NCBI GenBank assembly: GCA_016838895.1
Contig: JAEKNU010000018.1
Span: 2,207 to 66,206, forward strand
Length of the DNA stretch: 64,000 nt
DNA from: Chloroflexota bacterium
GTDB lineage: Bacteria; Chloroflexota; Anaerolineae; Anaerolineales; Anaerolineaceae
Reading direction: 5' to 3'
Position numbers and translations under genes: made by a program. Each line of letters opens with the position of its first letter. Position 1 is the first letter of the stretch. The notes below the pieces were generated by a model. It worked only from the letters and a program-made list of their open reading frames with translations. It was not told where the DNA came from and did no database searches. This document shows positions 53,559-64,000 of the stretch, piece by piece.

Positions 53559-54161
53559 ATGGCAAAACAAAAAAAATCATCCCCAAAGAAAGAAGAACAC
53601 CTGCAGGACGAATCCATGGCCGCAGAAGTAGTCGTTGAATCAACTGAGTTGGGTTCCGAGAAAGAAAATGTTCAGGCGCAGGAACAAGCTGTCGATGATC
53701 ATGATGAGTTGCGAAAAGCATATGATGATGTGAAAAAGCAGTTGGATGAGAGTACAGACGGCTGGCAGCGCGAGAGAGCAGATTTCTCAAATTATAAAAA
53801 ACGGGTCGATCGGGATCGTGATGTGCAGCGCAGTATTATCACAGCAGATCTACTAAAGAAATTCCTGGTTGTGCTCGATGACCTTGAACGAGCGATGAAG
53901 AATCGCCCGCAACAAGGTGAAGGTGCTGCATGGGCAGAGGGTATTGATCTGGTCATGCGCAAAATGCTGGGTCTTCTGGAAATGGAAGACATTAAAAGAA
54001 TCCCGGCAGAAGTTGAATTGTTTGATCCAAACCGGCATGAAGCTGTTTCCAGTGAGCCAAGTGAGGATCATGAAAGTGGCGCAATAATTGAAATTCTTCA
54101 ACAAGGATATATGATTGGTGATCGGGTACTTCGCCCGGCAGTCGTGCGGGTAGCACAATAG
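53559..54161 (+). CDS. grpE: nucleotide exchange factor GrpE
   Basis: ATG 53559 follows AGAGGA. The 200-aa product has [14 protein letters not shown]...[14 protein letters not shown]...[16 protein letters not shown]. Confidence 0.9.
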   Translation: MAKQKKSSPKKEEHLQDESMAAEVVVESTELGSEKENVQAQEQAVDDHDELRKAYDDVKKQLDESTDGWQRERADFSNYKKRVDRDRDVQRSIITADLLKKFLVVLDDLERAMKNRPQQGEGAAWAEGIDLVMRKMLGLLEMEDIKRIPAEVELFDPNRHEAVSSEPSEDHESGAIIEILQQGYMIGDRVLRPAVVRVAQ

Positions 54162-54171
54162 GAGGATTAGA

Positions 54172-56082
54172 ATGGGAAAAATCATTGGTATTGATCTTGG
54201 CACAACAAATTCCGTTGTAGCGGTCATGGTAGGTGGTGAACCTACCGTTATTCCGACCCGTGAGGGCGAACGTTTATGTCCGTCAGTGGTAGCAGTAAAT
54301 AAAAATCATGAGCGATTGGTAGGTCGCGTTGCTCGCAACCAATCTATCGTAAATCCGGAAAATACAATTTTCTCGATTAAACGCTTCATGGGACGAAAAT
54401 TTGAGGACGCCGAAGTGCAACGCACCCTCGGCCGTGTTCCTTATAAGGTGGCGAAAGCCCCGAATGGTGATGTCCGCGTAGTCATGGACGAACGCGAGTA
54501 CTCCCCGCCGGAAGTCTCTGCGATGATATTATCGAAATTAAAGGCAGATGCAGAAGCTTACCTGGGTGAGTCTGTAAGCCAGGCAGTTATTACGGTGCCA
54601 GCTTATTTTAATGATGCACAACGTAATGCAACAAAAGACGCCGGTAAAATTGCCGGTTTGGAAGTTTTACGTATTATCAATGAACCAACCGCTTCATCTT
54701 TGGCATATGGTTTAGATAACAAGCGTAATGAAGTTATTGCCGTATATGACTTGGGTGGCGGTACATTCGATATTTCCATTCTGGATGTTGGTGATGGTGT
54801 ATTCCAGGTACGATCTACCTCAGGAGACACTTTCCTGGGTGGTGATGATTTTGATATTCGGATTATTGATTATTTGCTTGATGAATTCAAATCACAAAAT
54901 AGCATGGATTTAAGTAATGATCGGCAGGCCATGCAGCGTTTGAAAGAAGCAGCTGAGAAAGCCAAAATTGAGCTTTCCACGACCATGCAGACTGAAATCA
55001 ACTTGCCATATTTGACAGCCGATGCCACTGGACCGAAACATCTTGTTTTGACCATGACACGCGCCAAACTGGAACAACTTACCGGTGATTTGATTGAACA
55101 ATCCATGAAGCCGGTTCGTGATGCGATGACCGATGCAGGTGTAAAACCCGCTGAAGTTAATCAGGTTGTGCTGGTGGGTGGTATGACCCGTATGCCAGCC
55201 GTGCAGGAAGCCGTCAAGAAGGAATTTGGCCGTGACCCGCATAAGGGTGTTAATCCCGATGAAGTCGTTGCCTTGGGCGCTGCCATCCAGGCCGGTGTAC
55301 TGGGCGGTGATGTAAAAGATATCCTTTTATTGGATGTTACCCCATTGACCCTTTCATTAGAGACGCTGGGCGGTGTAGCCACACCGATTATTGAACGAAA
55401 CACAACCATTCCTACTCGCAAGAGCCAGATTTTTTCCACTGCGGCAGATAACCAGACCCAGGTAGAAATCCATATTTTGCAGGGTGAACGACCGATGGCT
55501 ACCGATAACAAAACGCTTGGCAAATTCAAACTGGATGGCATTCCGCCAGCACCGCGTGGCGTACCTCAGGTTGAGGTTACCTTTGATATTGATGCCAATG
55601 GTATTCTCAATGTTACGGCAGTGGATAAAGCAACCAATCGCAGTCAGCATATTACGATTACGGCCTCTTCCGGATTATCAGAAGATGAAGTAACAAAGAT
55701 GAAAGAAGATGCTGAACGCCATGCAGATGAAGACAAACATCGCAAGGACTTAATCGAAGTGCGCAACCATGCAGATAACATGGTGTACACAACCGAGAAA
55801 TCCCTGCGTGATCTGGGTGACAAGGTTGATGCTGATATCAAGAGCAAACTGGAAGAAAAAGTAAATGCCGTACGCGAAGCCATGAACGGCGAAGACGTAG
55901 AAAAGATCAAACAACTAACTGATGATTTAGGTCAGGCATTGCAGGAAATTGGTCAGCAAATGTATGAGCAGCCTGGTGCCGAAGGCGCAGAAGGTGCTGC
56001 TGGTGCCGCTGACGCTGGTGAAGCCGGAAGCTCCCCAACTGACGATGAGGATGTCGTGGAAGGCGAATTCAGTAAAGAGTAG
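54172..56082 (+). CDS. dnaK: molecular chaperone DnaK
   Basis: 636 aa with the Hsp70 signatures [17 protein letters not shown] and [10 protein letters not shown]. Confidence 0.97.
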   Translation: MGKIIGIDLGTTNSVVAVMVGGEPTVIPTREGERLCPSVVAVNKNHERLVGRVARNQSIVNPENTIFSIKRFMGRKFEDAEVQRTLGRVPYKVAKAPNGDVRVVMDEREYSPPEVSAMILSKLKADAEAYLGESVSQAVITVPAYFNDAQRNATKDAGKIAGLEVLRIINEPTASSLAYGLDNKRNEVIAVYDLGGGTFDISILDVGDGVFQVRSTSGDTFLGGDDFDIRIIDYLLDEFKSQNSMDLSNDRQAMQRLKEAAEKAKIELSTTMQTEINLPYLTADATGPKHLVLTMTRAKLEQLTGDLIEQSMKPVRDAMTDAGVKPAEVNQVVLVGGMTRMPAVQEAVKKEFGRDPHKGVNPDEVVALGAAIQAGVLGGDVKDILLLDVTPLTLSLETLGGVATPIIERNTTIPTRKSQIFSTAADNQTQVEIHILQGERPMATDNKTLGKFKLDGIPPAPRGVPQVEVTFDIDANGILNVTAVDKATNRSQHITITASSGLSEDEVTKMKEDAERHADEDKHRKDLIEVRNHADNMVYTTEKSLRDLGDKVDADIKSKLEEKVNAVREAMNGEDVEKIKQLTDDLGQALQEIGQQMYEQPGAEGAEGAAGAADAGEAGSSPTDDEDVVEGEFSKE

Positions 56083-56088
56083 TATACA

Positions 56089-56128
56089 AGGCTCCATCAT
56101 GCAGGTATAATCCTGTATGATGGAGCCT
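56089..56128 (+). other. 17-bp intercistronic stem-loop between dnaK and dnaJ
   Basis: aggctccatcatgcagg-tataat-cctgtatgatggagcct (one G-U pair). No T-run follows. Confidence 0.6.
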
Positions 56129-56186
56129 GATCCTTTCGTTGCTCCGGGGTTGGTCCCGGAAATTTTATTTAAGAGTAAAAAAGTCT

Positions 56187-57305
56187 ATGTCCCAACGTGA
56201 TTACTATGAAGTCCTGGGCGTTTCTCGTGATGCAAACGCTGATGAAATGAAGAATGCATTTCGTCAATTGGCCCGAAAATATCATCCTGATATTAATAAA
56301 GAAGCGGATGCGGAAGAACGCTTTAAGGAATTAAATGAAGCTTACGCAGTACTTTCCGATCCGGAAAAACGCGCTGCATTTGATCGCTACGGTCATGCCG
56401 GATTAAATGGCATGGGTGGCATGCCCGATTTCTCCGGAATGGATTTCTCGGATATATTTGAGGATTTCTTCGGATTTAATATGGGTGGCGGACGGCGAAA
56501 AGCACGCAATGCACCTCGGCGAGGTGCGGATCTTGGCCAGACTGTGCAGTTATCTTTTGAAGAATCTGTCTTTGGTATTGATAAAGACATTGAATATACG
56601 CGAGATGAAATCTGTACTACCTGTCAGGGTAGCGGCGCTGAAGCCGGTACGACACCTGAAAAGTGTACAGCCTGTGATGGACGCGGCGAAGTACGCCATA
56701 TGCGCCAGACTTTTTTGGGATCCATGGTGCAGGTGGTTACCTGCCCAACCTGCAACGGCAAAGGTGAGGTGATCAAATCGCCCTGTAAAGTTTGTCATGG
56801 CAATGGATTGGAACGCAAAACCGTCACCAAGACGGTGAAGATTCCTGGTGGTGTGGACAGTGGTACGCAGGTTCGCCTCTCAGGTGAAGGTCAACCGGGT
56901 GTCAATGGCGGCCCCAATGGCAATTTGTATGTAGAAATCCGGGTGAAGAATCATAAATTCTATCGCCGGCAGGGTGATAATATCCTGCTTGATTTAAACA
57001 TCAATGTGGCTCAGGCCACGCTGGGCGCTGAAATTGATGTGCCAACGGTACACGGGGATGAAAAACTGGTAATCCCTTCCGGTACACAGCCGGGCAAGGT
57101 ATTTACCCTGCGCAATAAGGGCATTCCCCATTTACGGGGCGGCGGACGTGGCGATGAAAAAGTCATTGTTAACATTGAAATCCCCTCCAAACTGGATGAC
57201 ACTCAACGCAAATTATTCGAAGAATTAGCTGATACGTTAGGCAGTGAAGTGCTGCCGCAGGAAAAAAGTATTTTCGATATTTTGAAGGATGTCCTGGGTG
57301 GCTGA
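56187..57305 (+). CDS. dnaJ: molecular chaperone DnaJ
   Basis: ATG 56187 gives [12 protein letters not shown]...HPD (J domain). A G/F-rich region and four CxxCxGxG zinc-finger repeats follow. Confidence 0.95.
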   Translation: MSQRDYYEVLGVSRDANADEMKNAFRQLARKYHPDINKEADAEERFKELNEAYAVLSDPEKRAAFDRYGHAGLNGMGGMPDFSGMDFSDIFEDFFGFNMGGGRRKARNAPRRGADLGQTVQLSFEESVFGIDKDIEYTRDEICTTCQGSGAEAGTTPEKCTACDGRGEVRHMRQTFLGSMVQVVTCPTCNGKGEVIKSPCKVCHGNGLERKTVTKTVKIPGGVDSGTQVRLSGEGQPGVNGGPNGNLYVEIRVKNHKFYRRQGDNILLDLNINVAQATLGAEIDVPTVHGDEKLVIPSGTQPGKVFTLRNKGIPHLRGGGRGDEKVIVNIEIPSKLDDTQRKLFEELADTLGSEVLPQEKSIFDILKDVLGG

Positions 57306-58218
57306 CCAACAATGGCTGGAAGTCTCCATGACAGTGGAAAATGGCGAAATCGCCGAAGCTGTCGCTGAGATTCTTTCCCGCTTTGTGCAAAATGGCGTAG
57401 TTACCGAACGAGACGCGATTCATTCTGAAGGATATGATATTGGGGTACCGGTAGGTGCCTATCATGTGTTTGGTTATCTGCCTGTGGATGAAACTCTTGA
57501 GCAAGTACGTCAAAAACTCAGTGAAGCAATATGGCACTTAAATCTTATTCAACCGGTACCTGACCCTGAATTTCGCATGATAGCCAATCAAAACTGGATG
57601 GAAGCCTGGAAAGAACATTTCCATCCCATCCCGATTGGTGAGCGATTAATGATTATTCCCTCCTGGGTAGAGAACCCTGAACCTGATCGTATCCCGATTG
57701 CCATTGATCCAAACATGGCCTTTGGCACCGGCACCCATCCCACCACACAATTGTGTATGCAATTACTGGAAAAATATGCGCAACCAGGCCAGCCTTTGAT
57801 CGATCTGGGCTGTGGTTCGGGTATTTTATCCATTACCGGGGTGAAGTTGGGTATGAAGCCGGTTGTAGCAGTGGATATTGAACAGGATTCGGTCAATGCC
57901 ACACTGGATAATGCAGCTCGCAATGGCGTTGCAGAGGCGATTACGGTGGGCAAAGGCTCTGTAAAGCAAATCCTGGCAGGAGAATATCCGCTGAAACAAG
58001 CACCGCTGATGGTGGTGAATATCCTGGCACCCATCATTTTACGTCTGTTTGATGACGGCTTGACGGACCTGGTAGTGCCCGGCGGCATGATCTTATTCTC
58101 GGGAGTGATGATTGAACTGGAAACGGAATTCATTGCCAAAGCAAAAGCCCAAAATCTTGAGATACTGGAACAAGTAATGCAAGGTGACTGGATAGCCTTC
58201 GCCATGCGACGCGGATAG
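57289..58218 (+). CDS. prmA: ribosomal protein L11 methyltransferase
   Basis: 309 aa with [13 protein letters not shown] and the SAM motif [10 protein letters not shown]. It overlaps the dnaJ stop by 17 nt. Confidence 0.85.
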   Translation: MSWVADQQWLEVSMTVENGEIAEAVAEILSRFVQNGVVTERDAIHSEGYDIGVPVGAYHVFGYLPVDETLEQVRQKLSEAIWHLNLIQPVPDPEFRMIANQNWMEAWKEHFHPIPIGERLMIIPSWVENPEPDRIPIAIDPNMAFGTGTHPTTQLCMQLLEKYAQPGQPLIDLGCGSGILSITGVKLGMKPVVAVDIEQDSVNATLDNAARNGVAEAITVGKGSVKQILAGEYPLKQAPLMVVNILAPIILRLFDDGLTDLVVPGGMILFSGVMIELETEFIAKAKAQNLEILEQVMQGDWIAFAMRRG

Positions 58219-58225
58219 AAACACG

Positions 58226-58257
58226 AATCGGACGGAATCCCCGCCCGATTTTTTTTG
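58226..58257 (+). terminator. rho-independent terminator of the hrcA-prmA operon
   Basis: Stem aatcggacgg / ccgcccgatt (one mismatch), loop aatcc, then T8. Confidence 0.7.
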
Positions 58258-58447
58258 ATGCGTATCAAATAATTCACATTCACAGCGTAGAGATACAGCA
58301 CCCTTCGGCAAGCTCGGATAAATGCTGTGTCCCTACGCTATTACCTGAAGCATCTGATTTGTCATAATAATCTTCAAATTACTGCCTCTAGATCGAAATC
58401 TGCATGTACAATTACATGGTAAACAAAATCCGGAAAAGGAATCTGAG

Positions 58448-58888
58448 ATGGATGAAGATTTAAATCACTTTTTATCCCATTGGTTTCAGGGGTATATGGA
58501 TGGCCTGGGCCAACTGGATCAGGCTGACCAGGAAAAAATGCTGGCTGCCTGTGGGTTGGCCTGTGCAAAATCTTATACTGCGCAATGCTATCAAGAAGCC
58601 TGGCAAGCCGCCAATGGGGATCTATCTGAATTTCTCACTCAGTTATCAAAACACTTTCCGGAAGCGAAATATGATCAGGTCGATGAACATACCATTGAAG
58701 TACGCTATCAATATTGTGACTGTGATCTGGTAACGCAGGGCTGGGTAAAGTCAGCGCTTTTATGTCGCTGTTCACTGCATAATCTCGGGCAAAATTTTAT
58801 GGCTGCAATGGGGCAGACTGTGCAGGTAAAGCTACAATCTTCCATATTAGCCGGGGACAATGAATGCAGATTTGAGGTTTGTATATAA
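58448..58888 (+). CDS. hypothetical cysteine-rich protein
   Basis: 146 aa with Cys clusters (ACGLACA, YQYCDCD, LLCRCS, NECRFEVC). No family was recognised with confidence. Confidence 0.45.
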   Translation: MDEDLNHFLSHWFQGYMDGLGQLDQADQEKMLAACGLACAKSYTAQCYQEAWQAANGDLSEFLTQLSKHFPEAKYDQVDEHTIEVRYQYCDCDLVTQGWVKSALLCRCSLHNLGQNFMAAMGQTVQVKLQSSILAGDNECRFEVCI

Positions 58889-58904
58889 GCGACAGTATCA
58901 GACT

Positions 58905-59507
58905 TCAGGCTTCATCTGGATTTACGAACAACTCCCATTTACACTCCCCAAAATTGAATTCCGTAAAGGTAACCGGCATGCTGGATTCCAGTGGACTGCA
59001 GGCATATACACCGATGCGTACGGTGTCCAATGGCGTGTGCATATGGAAGATGCGCATCTGTTTGAAATCCTTGCCGTCCAGAGATTGTTCAATGCAAAAA
59101 TCCTGGGCGCGGCGGGAGAGGCGGTAATAACGCTGATTGAGTTTTGAATCAATGTCGGTGGTAGCCCAATCGGAGTAACCAAGATTGGTGACCACACTGC
59201 CCATACGCGAGTATTGCTCGTTCTCAAATTCCACCGAGGCTTTGAACCAGTTATCTGCGTCCTGGTACATGACGATACCACACTGGTCAAATAACTTTTG
59301 CGGCTGCCAGCTTGATTTAACCGTAAAGGAGAATTCCTTTTCGCTGAAGCTTGCCACAAAAGCATGCGCATTATCATGCTGAAATCCATAATAGGTGCGC
59401 TGCCAGAAATCAGTTTCCGGGTCAGTGATGAGAGTGAGTTTTTCTTTGCCTAATTCATATTGTTTAGGTGGGTTAATCCATGCAAAGCGGGATAGATCGA
59501 TGGTCAT
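58905..59507 (-). CDS. DUF1349 domain protein (concanavalin-like fold)
   Basis: 200 aa. WINPPKQYEL...LTLITDPETDFWQRTYYGF...CGIVMYQDADNWFK matches the DUF1349 pattern. Confidence 0.7.
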   Translation of the reverse strand: MTIDLSRFAWINPPKQYELGKEKLTLITDPETDFWQRTYYGFQHDNAHAFVASFSEKEFSFTVKSSWQPQKLFDQCGIVMYQDADNWFKASVEFENEQYSRMGSVVTNLGYSDWATTDIDSKLNQRYYRLSRRAQDFCIEQSLDGKDFKQMRIFHMHTPLDTVRIGVYACSPLESSMPVTFTEFNFGECKWELFVNPDEA

Positions 59508-59759
59508 GGGGTTTCTCCTTTATTAACGAGATCCTAAGGGTTTTTGTAAATATATTCTATGGTGAATCAATAAAAATTATAGCAAGAATTTCATTGTTGC
59601 TGTCTCAAAATATTCAAGACTAGGTAATTCTGATTTTTTGAGGTAAGCTATAGGTGTTATTTTTTAGCGGTTTGAACCCTATAGTATATGTTCGGTATAT
59701 TTTTAACCTGTTCGAACATCATAACAATCTGTATTATCAGGACCACAAAGTAAACGCCA

Positions 59760-61364
59760 ATGAAACCACTGTATAAAATTTTCCTTGTTGAAGATGAAAT
59801 TGTTACCCGCGAGAGTATTCGCGAATGTATCCAGTGGGAAAAGATTGGGTTTGAATTTTGCGGCGAAGCACCGGATGGGGAAATTGCGCTGCACGAAATT
59901 CAAAAACTGCAACCCGATGTGCTCATCACGGATATCAAAATGCCGTTCATGAACGGCCTGGAATTATGCCGCATTGTGCATGAGACCATGCCGCATATTA
60001 AAACAATCATTCTTAGCGGGCATGATGAATTTGAATATGCCCGCGATGCGATCAAGATAGGCGTGACCGAATACCTGCTCAAGCCGATCAGTCCGCAGGA
60101 GCTGGAAACCGTGTTGGTTAAACTGGCGAAACAAATCGAGCAGGATACCGCGGATCAGGAACGTTTCCGCGAATTGCAGAATCAGATTACCGATAATCTG
60201 AGTTTATTGCGCGAGAAATTCCTGTTGCGCCTGATCACCGGTGAAATTGCTTCGGTGGAAGCGATCAAACAAAGTATTCCGCTCAATCTGGCGATTATTG
60301 CGCGCTGGTATATGCTGGTTTTCATCAGCGTGGAGATGCAATCCCTGGTATCGAGTGAGATGAATCAGGTGCTGAAGACCTCGGCCAGGGTGATTGAAGA
60401 GGTCACCCAGCGTAATGCGGATGCCTTGATTCTGAATAAGGGTGTCAATGAATTTGTGCTGATTCTCAAAGGAGATCGTCACGAGCATTTGGAACAGGAC
60501 AGCTATTTACTGATTGAAGCCATCAAAGAGGAAATAAACAATAAAACCGGCTGTATAACCAGATTTGGAATCAGCAATCCATGCGAGCACATCGGGGATA
60601 TCTCTGCGGCATTTTATGAAGCGCTGAACGATGCGCGCGAGACGATCAGAGAAAGTGTACCATCCCGCTCCGCCGATCCGGTGCGGCCTCTGGAATTGAC
60701 AAAGCTGGACGTTCAGGCAACCGATAACTATTTACGTTATGGGGCAGCTGCAAGTTTTGAAGCCTATTTTATGCAGTTTACCAAGGCCGTTGAACCGACT
60801 GTTCTGGAATCCCGTTTGTTTTTGGAATACATCATGATGGATGCATTGATTTCGGCAGCTAATTTTATTAATGAGTTGGGTGGTAATCCGGCGCGCATAG
60901 TACCCGAGTTGGACGAATCCGGGTTGATGATACCAGCATCGGTAACGCTTACGCAAACCAGGCAATGGATTGAGCAGGTGCTGACGCGAGTGATTATTTT
61001 TCGTGATCAGGTTTCGGATACGCCCAATGGGCGCATTATTAAGCATGCTCAAAAGTTTATCGACAACCATTTTGATGATCCTGAAATCTCCCTGAAAATC
61101 GTGGCGGATCAGGTCAATTTGTCCATGAGCCATTTCTGCGTGGTCTTCAGTCGCGAGACGCAAAGTACGTTTATTGAATATTTAACACAGAAAAGGATTG
61201 AGAAAGCCAAAAATTTATTAATAGCCAGTGAAATGCGTGCATCCGAAATAGCAGAAACGGTCGGCTATGAAAACCCGCATTATTTCAGTACTGTGTTTAA
61301 GAAGTTTACCGGCTTATCTCCAATGAAGTACCGTACAAAGATGCAGGAGGAAATGCAGCCATAG
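59760..61364 (+). CDS. AraC-family response regulator (YesN-like)
   Basis: 534 aa. The REC domain covers KIFLVEDE...DVLITDIKMP...LSGH...YLLKP. The C-terminal HTH_AraC domain ends in ETVGYENPHYFSTVFKKFTGLSP. Confidence 0.85.
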   Translation: MKPLYKIFLVEDEIVTRESIRECIQWEKIGFEFCGEAPDGEIALHEIQKLQPDVLITDIKMPFMNGLELCRIVHETMPHIKTIILSGHDEFEYARDAIKIGVTEYLLKPISPQELETVLVKLAKQIEQDTADQERFRELQNQITDNLSLLREKFLLRLITGEIASVEAIKQSIPLNLAIIARWYMLVFISVEMQSLVSSEMNQVLKTSARVIEEVTQRNADALILNKGVNEFVLILKGDRHEHLEQDSYLLIEAIKEEINNKTGCITRFGISNPCEHIGDISAAFYEALNDARETIRESVPSRSADPVRPLELTKLDVQATDNYLRYGAAASFEAYFMQFTKAVEPTVLESRLFLEYIMMDALISAANFINELGGNPARIVPELDESGLMIPASVTLTQTRQWIEQVLTRVIIFRDQVSDTPNGRIIKHAQKFIDNHFDDPEISLKIVADQVNLSMSHFCVVFSRETQSTFIEYLTQKRIEKAKNLLIASEMRASEIAETVGYENPHYFSTVFKKFTGLSPMKYRTKMQEEMQP

Positions 61365-61370
61365 CATTGG

Positions 61371-62915
61371 ATGCATGTGTATACTATGGCAACTGAAATT
61401 AATACTCAACCAAACCGACAGAATATTTTTAAGCGCTTTAAATCTAAAAGCTCCAGTTATTTGTCATCTATTCCTCTATCTATCCGTTCTAAACTGCTGC
61501 TGTCCTTTTTTGCAATTCTTATCATGATGGCCAGTATCAATATTGTGCTGGTGGTACGGGCCATGACTTACAAATCGCAGTATGATATTTTGATAAACAA
61601 TATCACTACAGCGAACGAGATTACCGGAAATTTCAGGTCCGATCTGGATACAGCATTATGGGACATTGTAAAGGGGGAAGTCAATTTTGAGGATGGTAAT
61701 CAATATCAAATCATCGATGAAGTGAATCATAAAATCGAAGAGATGGGTGCCAATGCCGATTCCGACGAGGAAGAGAAAAAACTGGAAGTGATTCGTCGAA
61801 CGATGACCACTCTGATTCACTATGTGGATGAATTGGGATTGCATATGTCGCAAGGCAGCAATTACGATTCCAATGTTGTGGAACTGGACAATATTCGTAT
61901 TATCACCAGTTTACTTGAGGATATGTTCCAGGAATATGTGCTCTACGAGGTGGACCTGACCGGAGTGAAGGTCAATGAAACCCAGGAAACCTTTATGCAG
62001 TGGGTGATCACCAGCGTGGCTGTTTTGTTTATTGTGATATTATTTTCCATTTTTACGGCCTGGATGATCTCGGAAAGTATTTATGTGCCGATTAAAAAAT
62101 TACATGATGTCACCCATAAAATTACCCATGAGGACCTGGCGGTACTGGTCAGCAGCAGCAATGTGGATGAGATCACCGAATTGGGCATGAGCTTTAATAT
62201 CATGATCAGCAAAATTCGAGAGTTGGTGGACGAAACTGTTCACAAGCAGGATGAGCTAAAAAAGGCAGAGATGCGTGCCTTACAGGCACAGATCAATCCG
62301 CATTTTTTGTACAACACATTGGATACCATCATCTGGCTATCAGAAGCCAATAAAAAAGATACCGCCGTAGACGTTGTCCGTTCACTTTCCTCTTTTTTCA
62401 GGGTCAGTCTCAGTAAGGGTTGTGACTGGGTTTTAATCAACAAGGAATTGGAACATGTCAGTAGCTATTTAGCCATTCAAAAAGTGCGCTACCGGGATAT
62501 TCTGGAATACCGTACCGAGATAGATGATTCCATTCTGGATGGTATCATTCTCAAATTGACCTTGCAACCATTGGTGGAAAATGCGCTTTATCACGGCATC
62601 AAGAATAAACGGACTGGCGGTACGATCATCGTACGGGGGATACGCGAGGATGAGGAGACCATTCGTTTTGAGGTTGAAGATAATGGGATTGGTATTCCCA
62701 AAGAAAGACTGCTGCAAATTGCCACAGCCATGCAAAGTGGTAATTATACGGATGAAATTGGTGAAAATGGCTACGGCATTTTTAATGTTGACAAACGCGT
62801 AAAATTATTTTACGGTGAACAATACGGTGTGACCATCGATAGCGAATTTAATCAGGGTACATTGGTAAAAGTGCACTTGCCATATCGTTTGGCGGATACA
62901 ATCGAAAAATACTGA
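61371..62915 (+). CDS. sensor histidine kinase (YesM/LytS-type His_kinase + HATPase_c)
   Basis: 514 aa with 2 TM helices, a HAMP domain, the QINPHFLYNTLDTI H-box and N/G boxes (ENALYHG, DNGIGI). It starts 6 nt after the regulator gene. Confidence 0.85.
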   Translation: MHVYTMATEINTQPNRQNIFKRFKSKSSSYLSSIPLSIRSKLLLSFFAILIMMASINIVLVVRAMTYKSQYDILINNITTANEITGNFRSDLDTALWDIVKGEVNFEDGNQYQIIDEVNHKIEEMGANADSDEEEKKLEVIRRTMTTLIHYVDELGLHMSQGSNYDSNVVELDNIRIITSLLEDMFQEYVLYEVDLTGVKVNETQETFMQWVITSVAVLFIVILFSIFTAWMISESIYVPIKKLHDVTHKITHEDLAVLVSSSNVDEITELGMSFNIMISKIRELVDETVHKQDELKKAEMRALQAQINPHFLYNTLDTIIWLSEANKKDTAVDVVRSLSSFFRVSLSKGCDWVLINKELEHVSSYLAIQKVRYRDILEYRTEIDDSILDGIILKLTLQPLVENALYHGIKNKRTGGTIIVRGIREDEETIRFEVEDNGIGIPKERLLQIATAMQSGNYTDEIGENGYGIFNVDKRVKLFYGEQYGVTIDSEFNQGTLVKVHLPYRLADTIEKY

Positions 62916-63008
62916 ACCTCGATCAAAATATATTTAACTTTTTTTGTGAAATATGAAGAAAGTTTTTAGAATCATAAAAATCTCAAGTTGAGTGCCAATA
63001 AAATTGAA

Positions 63009-63036
63009 TTGAACCCATAAAGGGTTTCCCTATAAT
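63009..63036 (+). promoter_or_regulatory. promoter TTGAAC-N16-TATAAT
   Basis: -35 at 63009-63014 and -10 at 63031-63036, about 70 nt upstream of ATG 63107. Confidence 0.5.
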
Positions 63037-63106
63037 GATGAATACGAAGGTGAGGGATAAGGAATTATCCCTTAAACCATAGACTCATTTGGACAGGAGA
63101 AGAGTA

Positions 63107-64000
63107 ATGAAAGGTGTGACTAAGTCGTTTTATTTATTGCTTGTTTTTGTTATGGTTTTATCTCTGGCTGCATGCAGCACCCCAGCACCAGCCGCTGCTG
63201 AGGAACCCGCTGCCCCCGCCGCAGAAGAAGCTGCCCCCGCCGAAAAAACCTATCAAGATCTGGTTGTTGGTTTTGCTCAGATCGGTGCCGAAAGTGGTTG
63301 GCGTACCGCTGAAACCGATTCAATCAAAGCAGAAGCTGAAACATTAGGTGTGAAACTTCAATTCTCTGATGCACAGCAGAAACAGGAAAATCAGATCAAA
63401 GCCATTCGCTCATTCATTGCCCAACAAGTGGACGTGATCGGTGTGGCACCCGTTGTTGAAACCGGTTGGGAAACTGTTTTCGCTGAAGCAAAAGACGCCG
63501 GTATTCCCATCATTTTGGTTGACCGCCGTGCTGATGTTAGCGATGACCTCTTTGCATCCTTCATCGGTTCCGACTTCGTACTCGAAGGCGAGAATGCCTG
63601 TATGGAAATGGGCGAACTGTTAGGCGGCGCTGGAAACATCGTTGAATTGGAAGGTACCGTAGGTGCCGGCCCAGCCATTGACCGCAAGAAAGGTTTCGAT
63701 GATTGTATGGCAGCCAACTACCCTGATATCACCATCCTTGAATCCCAGACCGGTGACTTCACCCGTGCCAAAGGGAAAGAGGTTATGGAAGCTTTCCTAA
63801 AAACTTATACCGGTGAAATCAATGGTGTATACGCTCATAATGATGACATGGCTTTAGGTGCCATCCAGGCTATCGAAGAAGCTGGTTTGAAACCTGCCGA
63901 AGATATTATCATCGTCTCCATTGACGGCGTGAAAGGTATCTTTGAAGCCATGGCCGCTGGCAAAGCCAACGTGACCGTAGAATGTAACCCACTGCTTGGC
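63107..64000 (+). CDS. sugar ABC transporter substrate-binding lipoprotein (3' end cut by window)
   Basis: ATG 63107 follows GGAGAAG. The lipobox is LSLAAC. VVGFAQIGAESGWR...IKAIRSFIAQQVDVIGVAPV...IPIILVDR...GTVGAGPAIDRKKGF is a Peripla_BP-type ribose/galactofuranose-binding pattern. The frame is open to the window end, so it is not in the ORF track. Confidence 0.8.
   Translation, partial: MKGVTKSFYLLLVFVMVLSLAACSTPAPAAAEEPAAPAAEEAAPAEKTYQDLVVGFAQIGAESGWRTAETDSIKAEAETLGVKLQFSDAQQKQENQIKAIRSFIAQQVDVIGVAPVVETGWETVFAEAKDAGIPIILVDRRADVSDDLFASFIGSDFVLEGENACMEMGELLGGAGNIVELEGTVGAGPAIDRKKGFDDCMAANYPDITILESQTGDFTRAKGKEVMEAFLKTYTGEINGVYAHNDDMALGAIQAIEEAGLKPAEDIIIVSIDGVKGIFEAMAAGKANVTVECNPLLG

Noticed and set aside
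53505-56186. Track starts 53505 (grpE) and 56139 (dnaJ).
   Set aside because: 53505 overlaps the hrcA 3' end, and the extension has no GrpE similarity. ATG 53559 has an RBS. For dnaJ, the J domain begins right at ATG 56187 ([12 protein letters not shown]), and 56139 lies just downstream of the intercistronic hairpin.
1-64000. I looked for mobile-element hallmarks (transposase, integrase, IS terminal inverted repeats, phage genes), toxin-antitoxin pairs, restriction-modification genes and known defence-system genes.
   Set aside because: None were recognised in any frame. The only endonuclease-like gene is the small DUF559 protein, which on its own is not evidence of a defence island.

Overview
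This is a 64-kb bacterial chromosomal window with about 57 protein-coding genes and no rRNA, tRNA, CRISPR array, transposase or integrase that I could recognise. I infer a Chloroflexota (Anaerolineae-like) origin from several traits. Many secreted or membrane proteins carry Pro/Thr-rich linkers, there is a T-box leader and a CIRCE/HrcA heat-shock operon, a DUF559 gene sits among hairpin repeats, and a Zn-ribbon protein carries PxW[LM] repeats. Recognisable housekeeping content, in order: NAPRTase; an ornithine operon (COG2403 P-loop protein, argF, rocD); a PGM/PMM-family mutase; trpS; gatC-gatA-(CAP-domain lipoprotein)-gatB; T-box-controlled pheS-pheT; a KamA-type lysine 2,3-aminomutase; CIRCE-hrcA-grpE-dnaK-dnaJ-prmA; and a YesN/YesM-type two-component pair next to a sugar ABC binding protein that is cut by the window end. 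The most interesting region is 14343-24986. It is an eight-gene, same-strand, tightly spaced or overlapping operon with no member I can assign to a characterised pathway. It encodes small polytopic membrane proteins, a 1603-aa extremely acidic Zn-ribbon/repeat protein with a C-terminal membrane-flanked domain, an orphan GlmL/MutL-type actin-fold (ASKHA) ATPase, a barrel-sandwich-hybrid protein, and a doubly anchored Ala/Thr/Glu-rich protein ending in an LPTAG-hydrophobic-RRLR signal. Secondary observations include an AT-rich islet with tandem paralogues, a frameshifted DNPH1-like gene, and a family of hairpin repeats bracketing DUF559. I also note a decayed paralogue carrying an in-frame amber codon, a structured intergenic RNA candidate, operator-like palindromes, and a translationally coupled soluble P-type-ATPase-like HAD/DUF389 gene pair. 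All calls come from reading the sequence and the ORF translations. No database search, fold prediction or GC calculation was run.
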